Below are positions 1 to 9,122 of a DNA stretch of 64,000 bases, piece by piece (position 1 is the stretch's first letter; each line of letters starts with the position of its first letter). This stretch comes from a virus. A program made the position numbers and the translations under genes. The stretch lies in the IMG/VR virus record IMGVR_UViG_3300023174_002543, positions 187,664 to 251,663 of that record; one strand, given 5' to 3'. The notes beneath the pieces are model-generated. The model was not told the origin of the DNA. It ran no database searches and saw only the letters and a list, made by a program, of their open reading frames with translations.

Positions 1-1285
1 ATGTGTCATTAAATTCACTACGGTCAAAGAATACATCTACCCAATGATTATCTACTGTAGAATGAAATAGGCTGCGCTTTCTTTTGTTATTGGGTTTATA
101 TTCACTAGGACTATCACCTAATTCAGTAAGTTGTTTTTGTGGTTTGATACGTGTTAATGTATAGATCGCGGCACTGGGATAATCTTTTCTTGTCAAATCG
201 TAACCGGTACCAGTGATATATCTTTGAAGCATTCTATCATACAGTCTAGCTCTACTGCCTGTAGGGTCATCATCTTTTTCTGCACTGAAATTCAACATCA
301 CCGGTTTACGCTTGGCAATGAATTGTTGCATGGCAGTCAACACAGTGGCAAACACACGCGGAGCATCGCCTTCTCCGGTGATCTCCATGTTTTCATCACG
401 CTCAAACTCCACCATCCAGCTGTTGTCGCCCTGGGCCATGAACAGTACAACTAATTCACTGCCGTCATCTAAGTCGGATGTAGCATGCCAGTCACCATTT
501 GTTTTTTCCCAATGAACATTATAAGGTTGGTTAAAGGCTTCTAGTATACCTTGTTCTTTAAGTTGCGGTATCGGAACATATGCTAGTATATCTTTTTTAT
601 TCATTAACTCGGCAGCGGCCCATGCTCTATGTGTACCATCTAATATATAACCTCTTGTATCTATAACAATAGGTCTCTTGTCTATATGATGCATACTATA
701 TTCACCTGCATGTCTAAAGTCTACAAATCTGCCACGACCGTATGGATCATATGTATCAGGTTCTTGTTCTGCATCATCATACTCTTGGTCAGGTATATGT
801 AGACTAGATAAAGGAACACGCTTCAATTGATATTGCGGATGACGCATTATTAATCTCTTTAAGAATCCACCACCTTGTTGGTCTTTAGGATGTATATCAC
901 CTACATAATTCCATACTTCTATATTGGATACAACATTAGAATTTGTTTCTTCCCAAACACGAACTTCTTCTCCACGGTGTTTATTCCAGAAACCTGCACC
1001 TGCATCAGTTTGGTCATAACTTCTAACAATCTTATAGCCAAGTTTTTTGATATAATCATACATCACTTTAGCAATACCTTGACCTTGATATTTTTCATTA
1101 ACCCACAGGTCTTGTGGATCTAGCTCTTTGTCATCACCCATATAGAATGTAACATGACCTAATACGTTATTACCCCAGTCATCAAGGGCATCAACCATTA
1201 ACTCATAGTCATTCTTGGTTACTTTTAGTGTTATGCCTTCGTAGTCTACTAGTTTGGCTTCTGTTATAAATTCACTTGCTCTCAT
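1..1285 (-). CDS. Partial (3' end beyond window) large protein starting MRASEFITEA (T4 CTS-like leader); GNAT acetyltransferase-like motif (KYQGQGIAKVMYDYIKKLGY), ParB/Srx-like motif (IVIDTRGYILDGTHRAWAAAELM) and a second copy of the 'EAFxQPY...ITGEGDA..FATVL' domain found at the N-terminus of the next gene
   Basis: Manual reverse translation from ATG at 1285-1283 (ORF track omits it because it runs off the window); start overlaps upstream stop as ATGA; 28-nt DNA identity with 3207-3235. Confidence 0.5.
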   Translation of the reverse strand, partial: MRASEFITEAKLVDYEGITLKVTKNDYELMVDALDDWGNNVLGHVTFYMGDDKELDPQDLWVNEKYQGQGIAKVMYDYIKKLGYKIVRSYDQTDAGAGFWNKHRGEEVRVWEETNSNVVSNIEVWNYVGDIHPKDQQGGGFLKRLIMRHPQYQLKRVPLSSLHIPDQEYDDAEQEPDTYDPYGRGRFVDFRHAGEYSMHHIDKRPIVIDTRGYILDGTHRAWAAAELMNKKDILAYVPIPQLKEQGILEAFNQPYNVHWEKTNGDWHATSDLDDGSELVVLFMAQGDNSWMVEFERDENMEITGEGDAPRVFATVLTAMQQFIAKRKPVMLNFSAEKDDDPTGSRARLYDRMLQRYITGTGYDLTRKDYPSAAIYTLTRIKPQKQLTELGDSPSEYKPNNKRKRSLFHSTVDNHWVDVFFDRSEFNDT

Positions 1286-3231
1286 AGTACTGCCAAATAT
1301 TCTTTAAATTTATTGTGTCTATCTTGTAGTCCACTTAGACCGGGATTGATTGCATTGGTTACTTCTTTTGTGTTGCTAAAATTACTAACATTGGGTCTAA
1401 CTTGATTCTTCCAGAACCATAGTGCAATTTGAGCACCTACATCTAGATTACTAGCCAGGTCGGGGTTTTTTACCAATCTATCATCTCCGAATATTTGCTT
1501 GCTTGCTCGGGTATAATTGTCACGTCCAGTCAACTGAATAAAGCCACGACCTTTAAATAGTTCTCCGTCGCCTTTTACTTTGTTACCTAATTGTCTTGCC
1601 TTGCGCGGAGCTTCATATTTGGCAAATCTTTTTTTATTGCCCACTTCCTTCATCTTACCAAAGTCCCAACTCTCATGCCGAGTCTGAGCCATGAATTGTG
1701 CCAGTTCTACTCCATTGAGTCCTGCGGCTTTAGCAGCAGTTTGTAGTGCAGCTTCAGCATCACTATTGTCACTTAATAATGTTACACCTTTTTCTTCTTC
1801 TTTGTCATCACGTGAAAACTTTGGAATCATTGATGTAAGTTTATCTTTAAATGAAGTTGTTGGTTGTGCAACTGGTTGTGCAACTTTAGTAGGCTCTTGC
1901 TTAAGAGTAGGCTTTACAGTAGCGGGCATTTTACTAATAGGTTTAGAATAATCAGGTACTATAACTTTTTGTCCTATTTCTAACTTAGTATTACGACCCA
2001 TCTTGTTGAGTTTGTATATCTCTAATGGATTTACATTGTTTTGTCTTGCTATACTGTAAACGGTATCTCCGGGTTCAACTATTTGTTGAACCATTTGAGG
2101 AGCCTTTGCATTAGCACCCATTGCCATCGCACCTGCCATAGCACCTGTTGCTAGTGCAGATTTCCAATCTTCTTCTAACTCATTTTCTGTTACACCTTGC
2201 TTACTTTCATTCATACCCTCTGCACCATAATGAGCAATTTTACCTGCTTTGTGCATGTTTTTTACTTGTTTGAATACTTTATCTAAATCATCAGTAACAC
2301 GGACTATCCACCCTTGACTAGCGATATATTTAAATGGATCACCGATGGGCATTTGTTTAATAGGCTTACTAGGATTTTCACTAAACCATTCACCTGTTGG
2401 TAATTGTCTGAAATCGCCAGCATCAAACACAGTTAAGTAAGTTTTACGACTACGCATTGCTGGCAAATCTTTTTGGTCAAAATAAACAATAGGTTGACCG
2501 TTTTGCGTAAACTCTACATAGCGTGTTTCATGTGCATTGCCTGTAGCGTACAGTGCTGTTCTACGCGGATCACCGGCAAACAATCCTTTAGTAGTGTTAG
2601 TTTTAAGATTTTTGTTTTTCCAATAACTATCGTCACCTGTATCTAAACCACTCTGACTCCAATCATCCGTATGCTTGTATGCTTTGAGGCCAGACACAAA
2701 ATCTGTGACAGGTTTAGAATCAATTCGTGTTACTGTTGCACCTTCCGCCACACCTTGTTTTAATCTACTCAATTCATATATAACTAAATCACCATTATCT
2801 GCACGAAAAGCCCTATAACCCCAGGCTTTGGCATAACGAATCACCAGTCTGTCATACAACTTGGCACGACTCTCAGGATTTGGTTGAGGCTGGTCAGGCT
2901 CATAATATATTGTTGGATCAGTTGCTTTAATAGCTGAAAAACTCAATCTTGAAGGTTTGTATTTTTTGATGTATTTTTGTATAGCGTTTAACACCGTGGC
3001 AAAGATACGCTGTGCATCACCTTCGCCTGTGACTTCTTGGCTGTTGTTTCTATAAAATTCAACCTGCACTACTTCTTTGCCTTCGTCATCTTGTTGATTG
3101 TTGAACATGATGCTTAAATTTGTTCCGTCGGGCAATTTTGTGTTTAAATCAACGTCACCGTAATCGCTTTTTTCCCATTTGCCTTTATAGGGTTGGTCAA
3201 AGGCCTCTGTTATAAATTCACTTGCTCTCAT
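1282..3231 (-). CDS. CTS-like leader (MRASEFITEAF) + duplicated N-domain + LysM (GDTVYSIARQNNVNPLEIYKLN) + C-terminal GH19 chitinase-like lysozyme domain (GRGFIQLTGRDNY); probable virion/injected peptidoglycan hydrolase. ORF-track start 3282; internal Met at 3231 preferred
   Basis: Motifs read from translation; GH19 signature GxGxIQLTGxxNY; LysM consensus. Confidence 0.6.
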   Translation of the reverse strand: MRASEFITEAFDQPYKGKWEKSDYGDVDLNTKLPDGTNLSIMFNNQQDDEGKEVVQVEFYRNNSQEVTGEGDAQRIFATVLNAIQKYIKKYKPSRLSFSAIKATDPTIYYEPDQPQPNPESRAKLYDRLVIRYAKAWGYRAFRADNGDLVIYELSRLKQGVAEGATVTRIDSKPVTDFVSGLKAYKHTDDWSQSGLDTGDDSYWKNKNLKTNTTKGLFAGDPRRTALYATGNAHETRYVEFTQNGQPIVYFDQKDLPAMRSRKTYLTVFDAGDFRQLPTGEWFSENPSKPIKQMPIGDPFKYIASQGWIVRVTDDLDKVFKQVKNMHKAGKIAHYGAEGMNESKQGVTENELEEDWKSALATGAMAGAMAMGANAKAPQMVQQIVEPGDTVYSIARQNNVNPLEIYKLNKMGRNTKLEIGQKVIVPDYSKPISKMPATVKPTLKQEPTKVAQPVAQPTTSFKDKLTSMIPKFSRDDKEEEKGVTLLSDNSDAEAALQTAAKAAGLNGVELAQFMAQTRHESWDFGKMKEVGNKKRFAKYEAPRKARQLGNKVKGDGELFKGRGFIQLTGRDNYTRASKQIFGDDRLVKNPDLASNLDVGAQIALWFWKNQVRPNVSNFSNTKEVTNAINPGLSGLQDRHNKFKEYLAVL

Positions 3232-3782
3232 AGACTCTTGCCCCAACGTGTATTGATGACATTCCAGTTTATGATCTTCCATTGTTCACGCAAATACTTC
3301 TTTTTATCGGCTCCGTAGTCAAGTGTCCAGGCATGTTCCCACCAATCAATTAATAACAATATATCATTACGAACTTCATGGTTTTTGATTGTTTTGAGTT
3401 TGCCATCACTTGCTAGATAAATCCAACCACTACCCTGTATAGTCATAGCCTCAGTCTCAATACTATCTTTGAGACCGTCGTAACTTCCATAATGCTTGTT
3501 TATAAATCCAAGCATAGGGCCGTTGGGCTTGTTATTGTTGCGTACCTCACGGAACTGAGGGAACAGAGTATTGTGTAGGAAAGCACCTGCGTAGTTAAAT
3601 TCTTTATCACCTTCACCCTTGTTATATCTATCAGCATATCCATGTGCTAGTTTACCAAAGTGCAAGTCTAAGGCACCGGCACTGAATACAGGCTTTACAT
3701 CCTTATATTCAAAATTTAACGGAATGATTTCTATATCTTGAGGCTTGTTTTTATCCTCAAGAAGGCTGATTATATCTCGCAT
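3228..3782 (-). CDS. Fe/Mn superoxide dismutase-like protein (C-terminal DWWEHAW..LDY motif = DxWEHAYY metal-ligand motif; H-x3-K-x2-H N-terminal region)
   Basis: Motif match in translation; 184 aa slightly short for SodA/B. Confidence 0.5.
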   Translation of the reverse strand: MRDIISLLEDKNKPQDIEIIPLNFEYKDVKPVFSAGALDLHFGKLAHGYADRYNKGEGDKEFNYAGAFLHNTLFPQFREVRNNNKPNGPMLGFINKHYGSYDGLKDSIETEAMTIQGSGWIYLASDGKLKTIKNHEVRNDILLLIDWWEHAWTLDYGADKKKYLREQWKIINWNVINTRWGKSL

Positions 3783-3813
3783 ACTTATATTTATCGTATG
3801 CGAGATATGTTTA

Positions 3814-6153
3814 TCAGAAGCGTACTGCTAATTGAATTTGTGCTATATCAGCAACGACTCCATTTTGTCTTTGTTGACCTATTTTTAGTATCATAGTAGA
3901 GTTGTTTTGTGCGTTATACATCAATGTTCCGTAAGCAGTAGATAGATTTTTATTGTTTTGTGCTACTTCCCCGGATACTGCCCAATTTTGATTAAATTGG
4001 TGTTCATAGCGCATTCCATACTCTGTAGTATCAACTGTTTGCTTTAGGTTAGTATAGTCAACTGCTGTTAGTGAAGAACCAGTTTCCATAACATAGTCAC
4101 GTGAATTATGTTCTTTTCTAGCACCAACGAAAGGTCTGAATCCCTTCATAGCAGGGGTATATACACGCAAATGCGCCCAGGTATCCTGACCATGTGTATT
4201 AGCATTGTTACTCATACTTAATTCAGGTAATGTATGGAATGTATTATAAGTATTTTTGGATTGTCCTACATCAGTTTTAAATATCCAATCATTATGTACA
4301 TATAGGTTATAGATAGTAAGTGCTTCTTTGTATAAACTACCGCCACTGTTAGTGCCATCTAATACAGTGCTTATTCGGTTGTATTGTAAACCTAACAATG
4401 AAGAACGACTAATTCTATGCTCTGCACCAAATGTATCTATTGTTGCAGTATAACTATACCCATCTGATAAGTTAGACTTTGTTTTTGAACCATGTATATA
4501 AATGTTAATATCACGGTCATCAAAACTACGGTTAGAGATTCTATCGTCTTTAACTAAGTTTCTACTTAATGGATCACTTAATAAACTATAGTTGATTCTA
4601 GTATTGGTTTCAGATAGTTTATCCATTTGGTCAATGCGTGTAGTATAGTTTTGATCCGTTGAGGTAATCTGAACATCATCTACAATAGTTGTAGTTGTTG
4701 TCACATCATTTCTTGTAGTAACTACGGTTACAGGAGTATCTGTTGTAGTAGTTGTTGTACCATCACTCCAAGTAGTAACTGAAGTAGGAGTTGTAACGGT
4801 AGTTATAGTTACCGGTGTTGTATTAGTAACCACAGTAGTTACAGGTGTTGTACTAGTTAGTGTGGTAGTACGAATGATATTGAGTTCTCTTACACCACGC
4901 TCACCTCTAGTATTAGCATATGTAGTAACATCAACGGTTGAACCCCTTGTTATATTACTTGTTGTTACTGTTGTACCTGGTGTTTCTGTTACTACAACCG
5001 ATGATGTGCCCGGTGTAGTACTGACTACTGTAGGTGCAGGTGTAGACATACTGCTTACAGAGCCTGCGGTTCCTGGATTAGCAATAGAACCAACTAATGT
5101 ACTTGTGCTGGTTGATGTGTTATTACTATCATAGTAATAGGTAACTTCACCTATCTGTACGCTATCACATGCTAATGTACCTAATGCTGATTGACAACCT
5201 GATATTGAACCATACGTATCAATAGCCTTAATGCTAGGGAATGTTATAAAGTAATAAACATATGGATTATTATTATTAATAGTAATCATACTTGTTTGAG
5301 TATAACGACCGCTGACATTTTCTAATGTTGTACTTTGATTTGCAGTAATCTCAGTCCAAGTACGACCATCATTACTACCATACAAGGTAAACTTAGTAGG
5401 ATCTCTTGGTACAAAGTCGTTAGCAGTAGTAAATTTAATACCATTGATGACTTTACCTGCATTCAATGTAATTGTAAATCCTGCATTAGCACGGTCAAAG
5501 TTTAAATATTTCGTACCACTACTTCCGTCAACTGCCTTAGTTGCACCTTCACCACTTGGACTATTACTACTTGTAGGAGTAACAGTACTGATAATGCTAC
5601 TTGTAACTGCTGTATAGTTTACAGTAGGTGCAACAGTTTGTCCTGCGGCTAATGGAGTAGTTGAACCACCTACACTCAATGCATTAACTTGTGATAATGT
5701 TGGATTGCGTGTTCCAGTCCATGACAACCCACTAGTGTTAGCAAAACCTTGTGTCATACTAAACAACTGACCGGTGTTGTTATCATTGCCCACAAAGAAG
5801 AAATAGTCTGTGCCCATATTAATAATATGCCCAGTGCCCATTACTGCTTTTTGAACGCCTGCTGAATTATATTGAATAGCATTGTATGGATTTGTGCTGT
5901 TACCTGTAGCTACAAATTTAATATAGTCTCCGGAAGACCAACTTAGTTGACCACTTGTCCATGGAATCTTATATGCTGTTCCAGGATTTTTACTATAGAT
6001 TTGACAAGTGGTCGTATTCATACAAGCATTAACATTCCACTGACTATCTGCTATCTGTGCTTGACCAAATTGTAAATCTGTAAAATCTGCACTTGCATTT
6101 ACGCTCATGGCGGTAAGCAGAGCCATAATGGCTCCCTTTAAAAATCTTATCAT
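3814..6153 (-). CDS. Secreted/outer-membrane protein: Sec signal peptide (MIRFLKGAIMALLTAMSVNASA), F5/8 type C (discoidin) domain (KAVDGSSGTKYLNFD...), long Thr-rich linker, C-terminal autotransporter-like beta-barrel ending in ...LAVRF
   Basis: Signal peptide and terminal aromatic residue seen in translation; Thr-codon repeats 4690-5100. Confidence 0.5.
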   Translation of the reverse strand: MIRFLKGAIMALLTAMSVNASADFTDLQFGQAQIADSQWNVNACMNTTTCQIYSKNPGTAYKIPWTSGQLSWSSGDYIKFVATGNSTNPYNAIQYNSAGVQKAVMGTGHIINMGTDYFFFVGNDNNTGQLFSMTQGFANTSGLSWTGTRNPTLSQVNALSVGGSTTPLAAGQTVAPTVNYTAVTSSIISTVTPTSSNSPSGEGATKAVDGSSGTKYLNFDRANAGFTITLNAGKVINGIKFTTANDFVPRDPTKFTLYGSNDGRTWTEITANQSTTLENVSGRYTQTSMITINNNNPYVYYFITFPSIKAIDTYGSISGCQSALGTLACDSVQIGEVTYYYDSNNTSTSTSTLVGSIANPGTAGSVSSMSTPAPTVVSTTPGTSSVVVTETPGTTVTTSNITRGSTVDVTTYANTRGERGVRELNIIRTTTLTSTTPVTTVVTNTTPVTITTVTTPTSVTTWSDGTTTTTTDTPVTVVTTRNDVTTTTTIVDDVQITSTDQNYTTRIDQMDKLSETNTRINYSLLSDPLSRNLVKDDRISNRSFDDRDINIYIHGSKTKSNLSDGYSYTATIDTFGAEHRISRSSLLGLQYNRISTVLDGTNSGGSLYKEALTIYNLYVHNDWIFKTDVGQSKNTYNTFHTLPELSMSNNANTHGQDTWAHLRVYTPAMKGFRPFVGARKEHNSRDYVMETGSSLTAVDYTNLKQTVDTTEYGMRYEHQFNQNWAVSGEVAQNNKNLSTAYGTLMYNAQNNSTMILKIGQQRQNGVVADIAQIQLAVRF

Positions 6154-6241
6154 TGTAGAACTCCTTTGTTATTTTTATTATTGTTTGTCTACAATAATAT
6201 TTAACTAAAGAGTTGGTGCAATCAATGCTAGTATTTATTTT

Positions 6242-7135
6242 TTAGCAGTTGTACACGCCTGGATCCATAACTATAGTACCATTACCGTCTGAATTATACC
6301 AACTACCTCCGCCAGCACCAGCACCACTGTATGGGCTATCCGAACTACGTGATAATCCTATGAAGGTTAACTGGTGTCCTACTGCACTGTTATCTTCTGC
6401 TAATGTAGGATTTCCATACCCAAGTGATTGAATCAATGCGATACAATTTGAAACAGCAGGTAATGGTGCAGTTGGAACTGTAATTGTACTTGATGTTGGA
6501 TTATATACATACGAATTTGAAACTATGCGAATATCTGTTTGATAACCTACAAAAGGTAAACCATCTTGCGGATTTGGCCAACCATTACCAATAGTCAATG
6601 AATTAGATTCATACACTATATTGTCTGTTTGCGTACCACCGCAACGAACTCCGTTAACCCAAACGGCCTCTACATTACTATTGGCAGCATTTCTACTTAC
6701 TGCAATATGATACCAAACATTTTTTACAAAATTTGTACTAGGTACATATATATTTTGACCAACAAAATATCCATCTACTCTTATGTTTGAATTATTAACT
6801 GTTTGACTACCGTCCCAATAATTATCATTAACATATATTCCTAGATAGTGCGGTTGTCTTGTGGTATCGCTTGGACTACCTATAAAAGTACCTACGCATC
6901 TACTAGCACTATTATCCCATTTAACCCATCCCTCTACTGTAAATGAACGGGTAGTAGTTGGTCTTGCTTTACCAGTTATGAGATTATAAGGTCCGGTATA
7001 ATCTGTGTTATTTACGATAGCGTCATTTGGAGTAGAACCGGATCCACCTCCACCTCCGCCTGTGCCGGCTCCGAATGTGATCCCTTTGCCTATTGTTAGG
7101 CCTGCGTGTAATGTTAATGTTAATGGTGCAACCAT
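6242..7135 (-). CDS. Gly-rich protein with LamG/ConA-like jelly-roll features (TFTVEGWVKWD...); possible fibre/adhesin component
   Basis: Weak motif-level similarity only. Confidence 0.3.
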   Translation of the reverse strand: MVAPLTLTLHAGLTIGKGITFGAGTGGGGGGSGSTPNDAIVNNTDYTGPYNLITGKARPTTTRSFTVEGWVKWDNSASRCVGTFIGSPSDTTRQPHYLGIYVNDNYWDGSQTVNNSNIRVDGYFVGQNIYVPSTNFVKNVWYHIAVSRNAANSNVEAVWVNGVRCGGTQTDNIVYESNSLTIGNGWPNPQDGLPFVGYQTDIRIVSNSYVYNPTSSTITVPTAPLPAVSNCIALIQSLGYGNPTLAEDNSAVGHQLTFIGLSRSSDSPYSGAGAGGGSWYNSDGNGTIVMDPGVYNC

Positions 7136-7171
7136 GATAATCCTTTTTAATTATCACGTATTTATCTCTTT

Positions 7172-7387
7172 TTAACGTCTACGGGTAATTCTGCCCTTAG
7201 ATAAATCATAGGGGCTAAACTCTACCTCTACAGTATCGCCTAATAATATCTTAATATCGTGCTTACGCATTCTACCACTAATATAGCCCATTATGATATT
7301 ACTACCGGGCATCTCTATCCTAAACATAGCGTTGGGTAATACTTCTACTACCTTCCCGTCTAGTTTAATACCTTCTTCTTTTGCCAT
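7172..7387 (-). CDS. infA: Translation initiation factor IF-1
   Basis: 71 aa; near-colinear with E. coli InfA (MAKE..NAMFR.E...[27 protein letters not shown]). Confidence 0.85.
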   Translation of the reverse strand: MAKEEGIKLDGKVVEVLPNAMFRIEMPGSNIIMGYISGRMRKHDIKILLGDTVEVEFSPYDLSKGRITRRR

Positions 7388-7777
7388 TTATCTCCTCATT
7401 TTACTGATATCTTGAGCCTCTTCATCACTAAAGATGGGTACTGCATTGCTCTTATGCATAGTACCGATACCAATAATTTTAGTACCTGTGTATTTTGGAA
7501 TTTGTTTTACACTTGCAATACCATCACCCGTGTTACGACTTGGAATATGTGTAGTTGTGCGACCTGCAGGGGCGGATAATTTATATGTGAGTGGCTCGGC
7601 TTTTAACGCACGTTTACGTTTCTTGTCGTCCTGCTCTACTTCCCAACGCTTTTGCAATTCTTTCCAAGAGGCGTCTAGTTCACGTGCCTTACGTGCTTCC
7701 TCTGCATTACGGAATTTGAATTTACCCTTACGCTTACCGGTCAATGTTAGAGCCGGACCTACTAAGTGCATAGTCAT
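7388..7777 (-). CDS. Hypothetical basic Lys/Arg-rich protein (ORF-track start 7819 overlaps promoter; internal Met preferred)
   Basis: ORF in minus-strand array; no recognisable domain. Confidence 0.35.
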   Translation of the reverse strand: MTMHLVGPALTLTGKRKGKFKFRNAEEARKARELDASWKELQKRWEVEQDDKKRKRALKAEPLTYKLSAPAGRTTTHIPSRNTGDGIASVKQIPKYTGTKIIGIGTMHKSNAVPIFSDEEAQDISKMRR

Positions 7778-7807
7778 AATGATAATTGTTGAGTTGACAT
7801 AGTTGTT

Positions 7808-7836
7808 AGTATAGCACAAATAGGATTTATTGTCAA
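7808..7836 (-). promoter_or_regulatory. sigma70-type promoter TTGACA-N17-TATACT
   Basis: Hexamers read directly; 17-nt spacer. Confidence 0.5.
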
Positions 7837-7838
7837 CC

Positions 7839-8249
7839 TTATTTTTTTAAGATTTTCCACATTTCTTCCGCATGTAATATCTCTTTTTCCATTTCGCGGT
7901 ACTCATCACCCAATTTCTTGAGTTTTTCCCACTTTTCTTCTAACTTTTCATTTGGGTGTAATATAGCTAATCTTTTTTCTATGTTATCTATTAACTTAGT
8001 AAGGCTTTTACCTTTTATTTTAACATCACCTTCAAACTCAGCATCACCGCCAACTAGTAATGATGCACCCTTAAGGTTAGGATCTGCACTTATAGTGTAA
8101 GGGCCAGAACCAGTACTTACAGTCCACGGGCTTGTGTTTGTAGTTGTTGTAGTTCCCCAGGTAATTGTGCTACTTGCACCGTTACTCATTAATACTTGTC
8201 CTGATGTGCCTGTGATAGGGCTAGTATATGTATATGTGGGACTACTCAT
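7839..8249 (-). CDS. Hypothetical protein, Thr/Ser-rich N-terminus, coiled-coil C-terminus
   Basis: ORF only. Confidence 0.35.
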   Translation of the reverse strand: MSSPTYTYTSPITGTSGQVLMSNGASSTITWGTTTTTNTSPWTVSTGSGPYTISADPNLKGASLLVGGDAEFEGDVKIKGKSLTKLIDNIEKRLAILHPNEKLEEKWEKLKKLGDEYREMEKEILHAEEMWKILKK

Positions 8250-8440
8250 TATTTCTTAGCCTTACTGATAATATAACGACCTTTATCATCAACACTAAAC
8301 TCTAGCGTATCACCCTCTTTCCAACCTAGTTTACGTAATAATGGAGGGGGTAATGGGATAACTACATCCCCGTTCTCGTCAAATGTAGTTACTTCATAAC
8401 TTTCTTTACTAGGAACGAAATTCTTTGATGATTTTGTCAT
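8249..8440 (-). CDS. AbrB/MazE/SpoVT-type swapped-hairpin DNA-binding domain protein (VIPLPPPLLRKLGWKEGDTLEFSVDDKGRYIISK)
   Basis: Motif pattern 'ip.elrkklglkeGd.lev.vedg.iil.p'. Confidence 0.45.
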   Translation of the reverse strand: MTKSSKNFVPSKESYEVTTFDENGDVVIPLPPPLLRKLGWKEGDTLEFSVDDKGRYIISKAKK

Positions 8441-8463
8441 TTGTGTATTATAGTACTTTTTTC

Positions 8464-9018
8464 TTAGATAGTCAAATCTCTTTTACCCACATATGGATTA
8501 TAGATTTTTTCTAATTGTTGTATAGTGTGACCAGTACTTTCATCACTATGTTTAACTGCAATGCCACCTGCACTAGCCCAAGCACTCAAGTACTTTCCGA
8601 AGTCATCTACTAATACTTGTGGTTTACCGTTTTTAGTAGCATATTTATATTTTGCACTTGTAAAGATAGCATTACTGCTAGTACCCGGATTGTAAGTGTC
8701 TAACCATTCACGCTTACCTTTGATGCTTGCTTGCCCCTCCATTCTAAGAGGAGCACTTAATACAGTAAAAGGTATTTTGTTTCTATGTAACCAAGCAATG
8801 ATTACCTGTCCACCAGGTAATGGATCTAAGTCTCTAAAAAAATGATATACATTTTCGGGACCTGATTTTGCCAATCTAACGATTGCTTCCTCAGGGTTTG
8901 TGATATCTTTATAATGTTTAACTTTTTCTATCTCAGCCCAACGACCAAAGAAGTCGGCTTGAACTCCATCCATATCAAGGTATAAATGGGGCATTGATTC
9001 GATTTCTTGGATTTTCAT
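8464..9018 (-). CDS. HAD-superfamily 5'(3')-deoxyribonucleotidase-like (NT5C family; LYLDMDGVQADF motif I). True start may be Met9 (8994)
   Basis: DxDGV motif near N-terminus. Confidence 0.55.
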   Translation of the reverse strand: MKIQEIESMPHLYLDMDGVQADFFGRWAEIEKVKHYKDITNPEEAIVRLAKSGPENVYHFFRDLDPLPGGQVIIAWLHRNKIPFTVLSAPLRMEGQASIKGKREWLDTYNPGTSSNAIFTSAKYKYATKNGKPQVLVDDFGKYLSAWASAGGIAVKHSDESTGHTIQQLEKIYNPYVGKRDLTI

Positions 9019-9024
9019 ATTAAT

Positions 9025-9053
9025 AGTATACTATATTGTATTTAGTATGTCAA
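9025..9053 (-). promoter_or_regulatory. sigma70-type promoter TTGACA-N17-TATACT; only 6 nt between -10 and the first ATG (9018)
   Basis: Read directly. Confidence 0.5.
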
Positions 9054-9122
9054 TATTTATTTGACCAAAATCAAATAAATACTAATAAGAAGTATTATAA
9101 CTAAAGTATAAGGAGTCAATCT

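Noticed and set aside
1691-1951. Plus-strand ORFs overlapping long minus-strand genes (e.g. 1691-1951, 4862-5134, 21791-22102, 23243-23893, 26308-26958, 43709-44056, 44198-44569)
   Set aside because: Shadow ORFs on the antisense strand of well-supported genes; low-complexity translations (Ser/Leu/Thr-rich), no RBS.
4690-5100. Short tandem nucleotide repeats (ACT/ACA/GTT-rich) that could be mistaken for a repeat array
   Set aside because: They are in-frame Thr/Val codon repeats of the linker of 3814..6153. No spacer-repeat periodicity, so not CRISPR.
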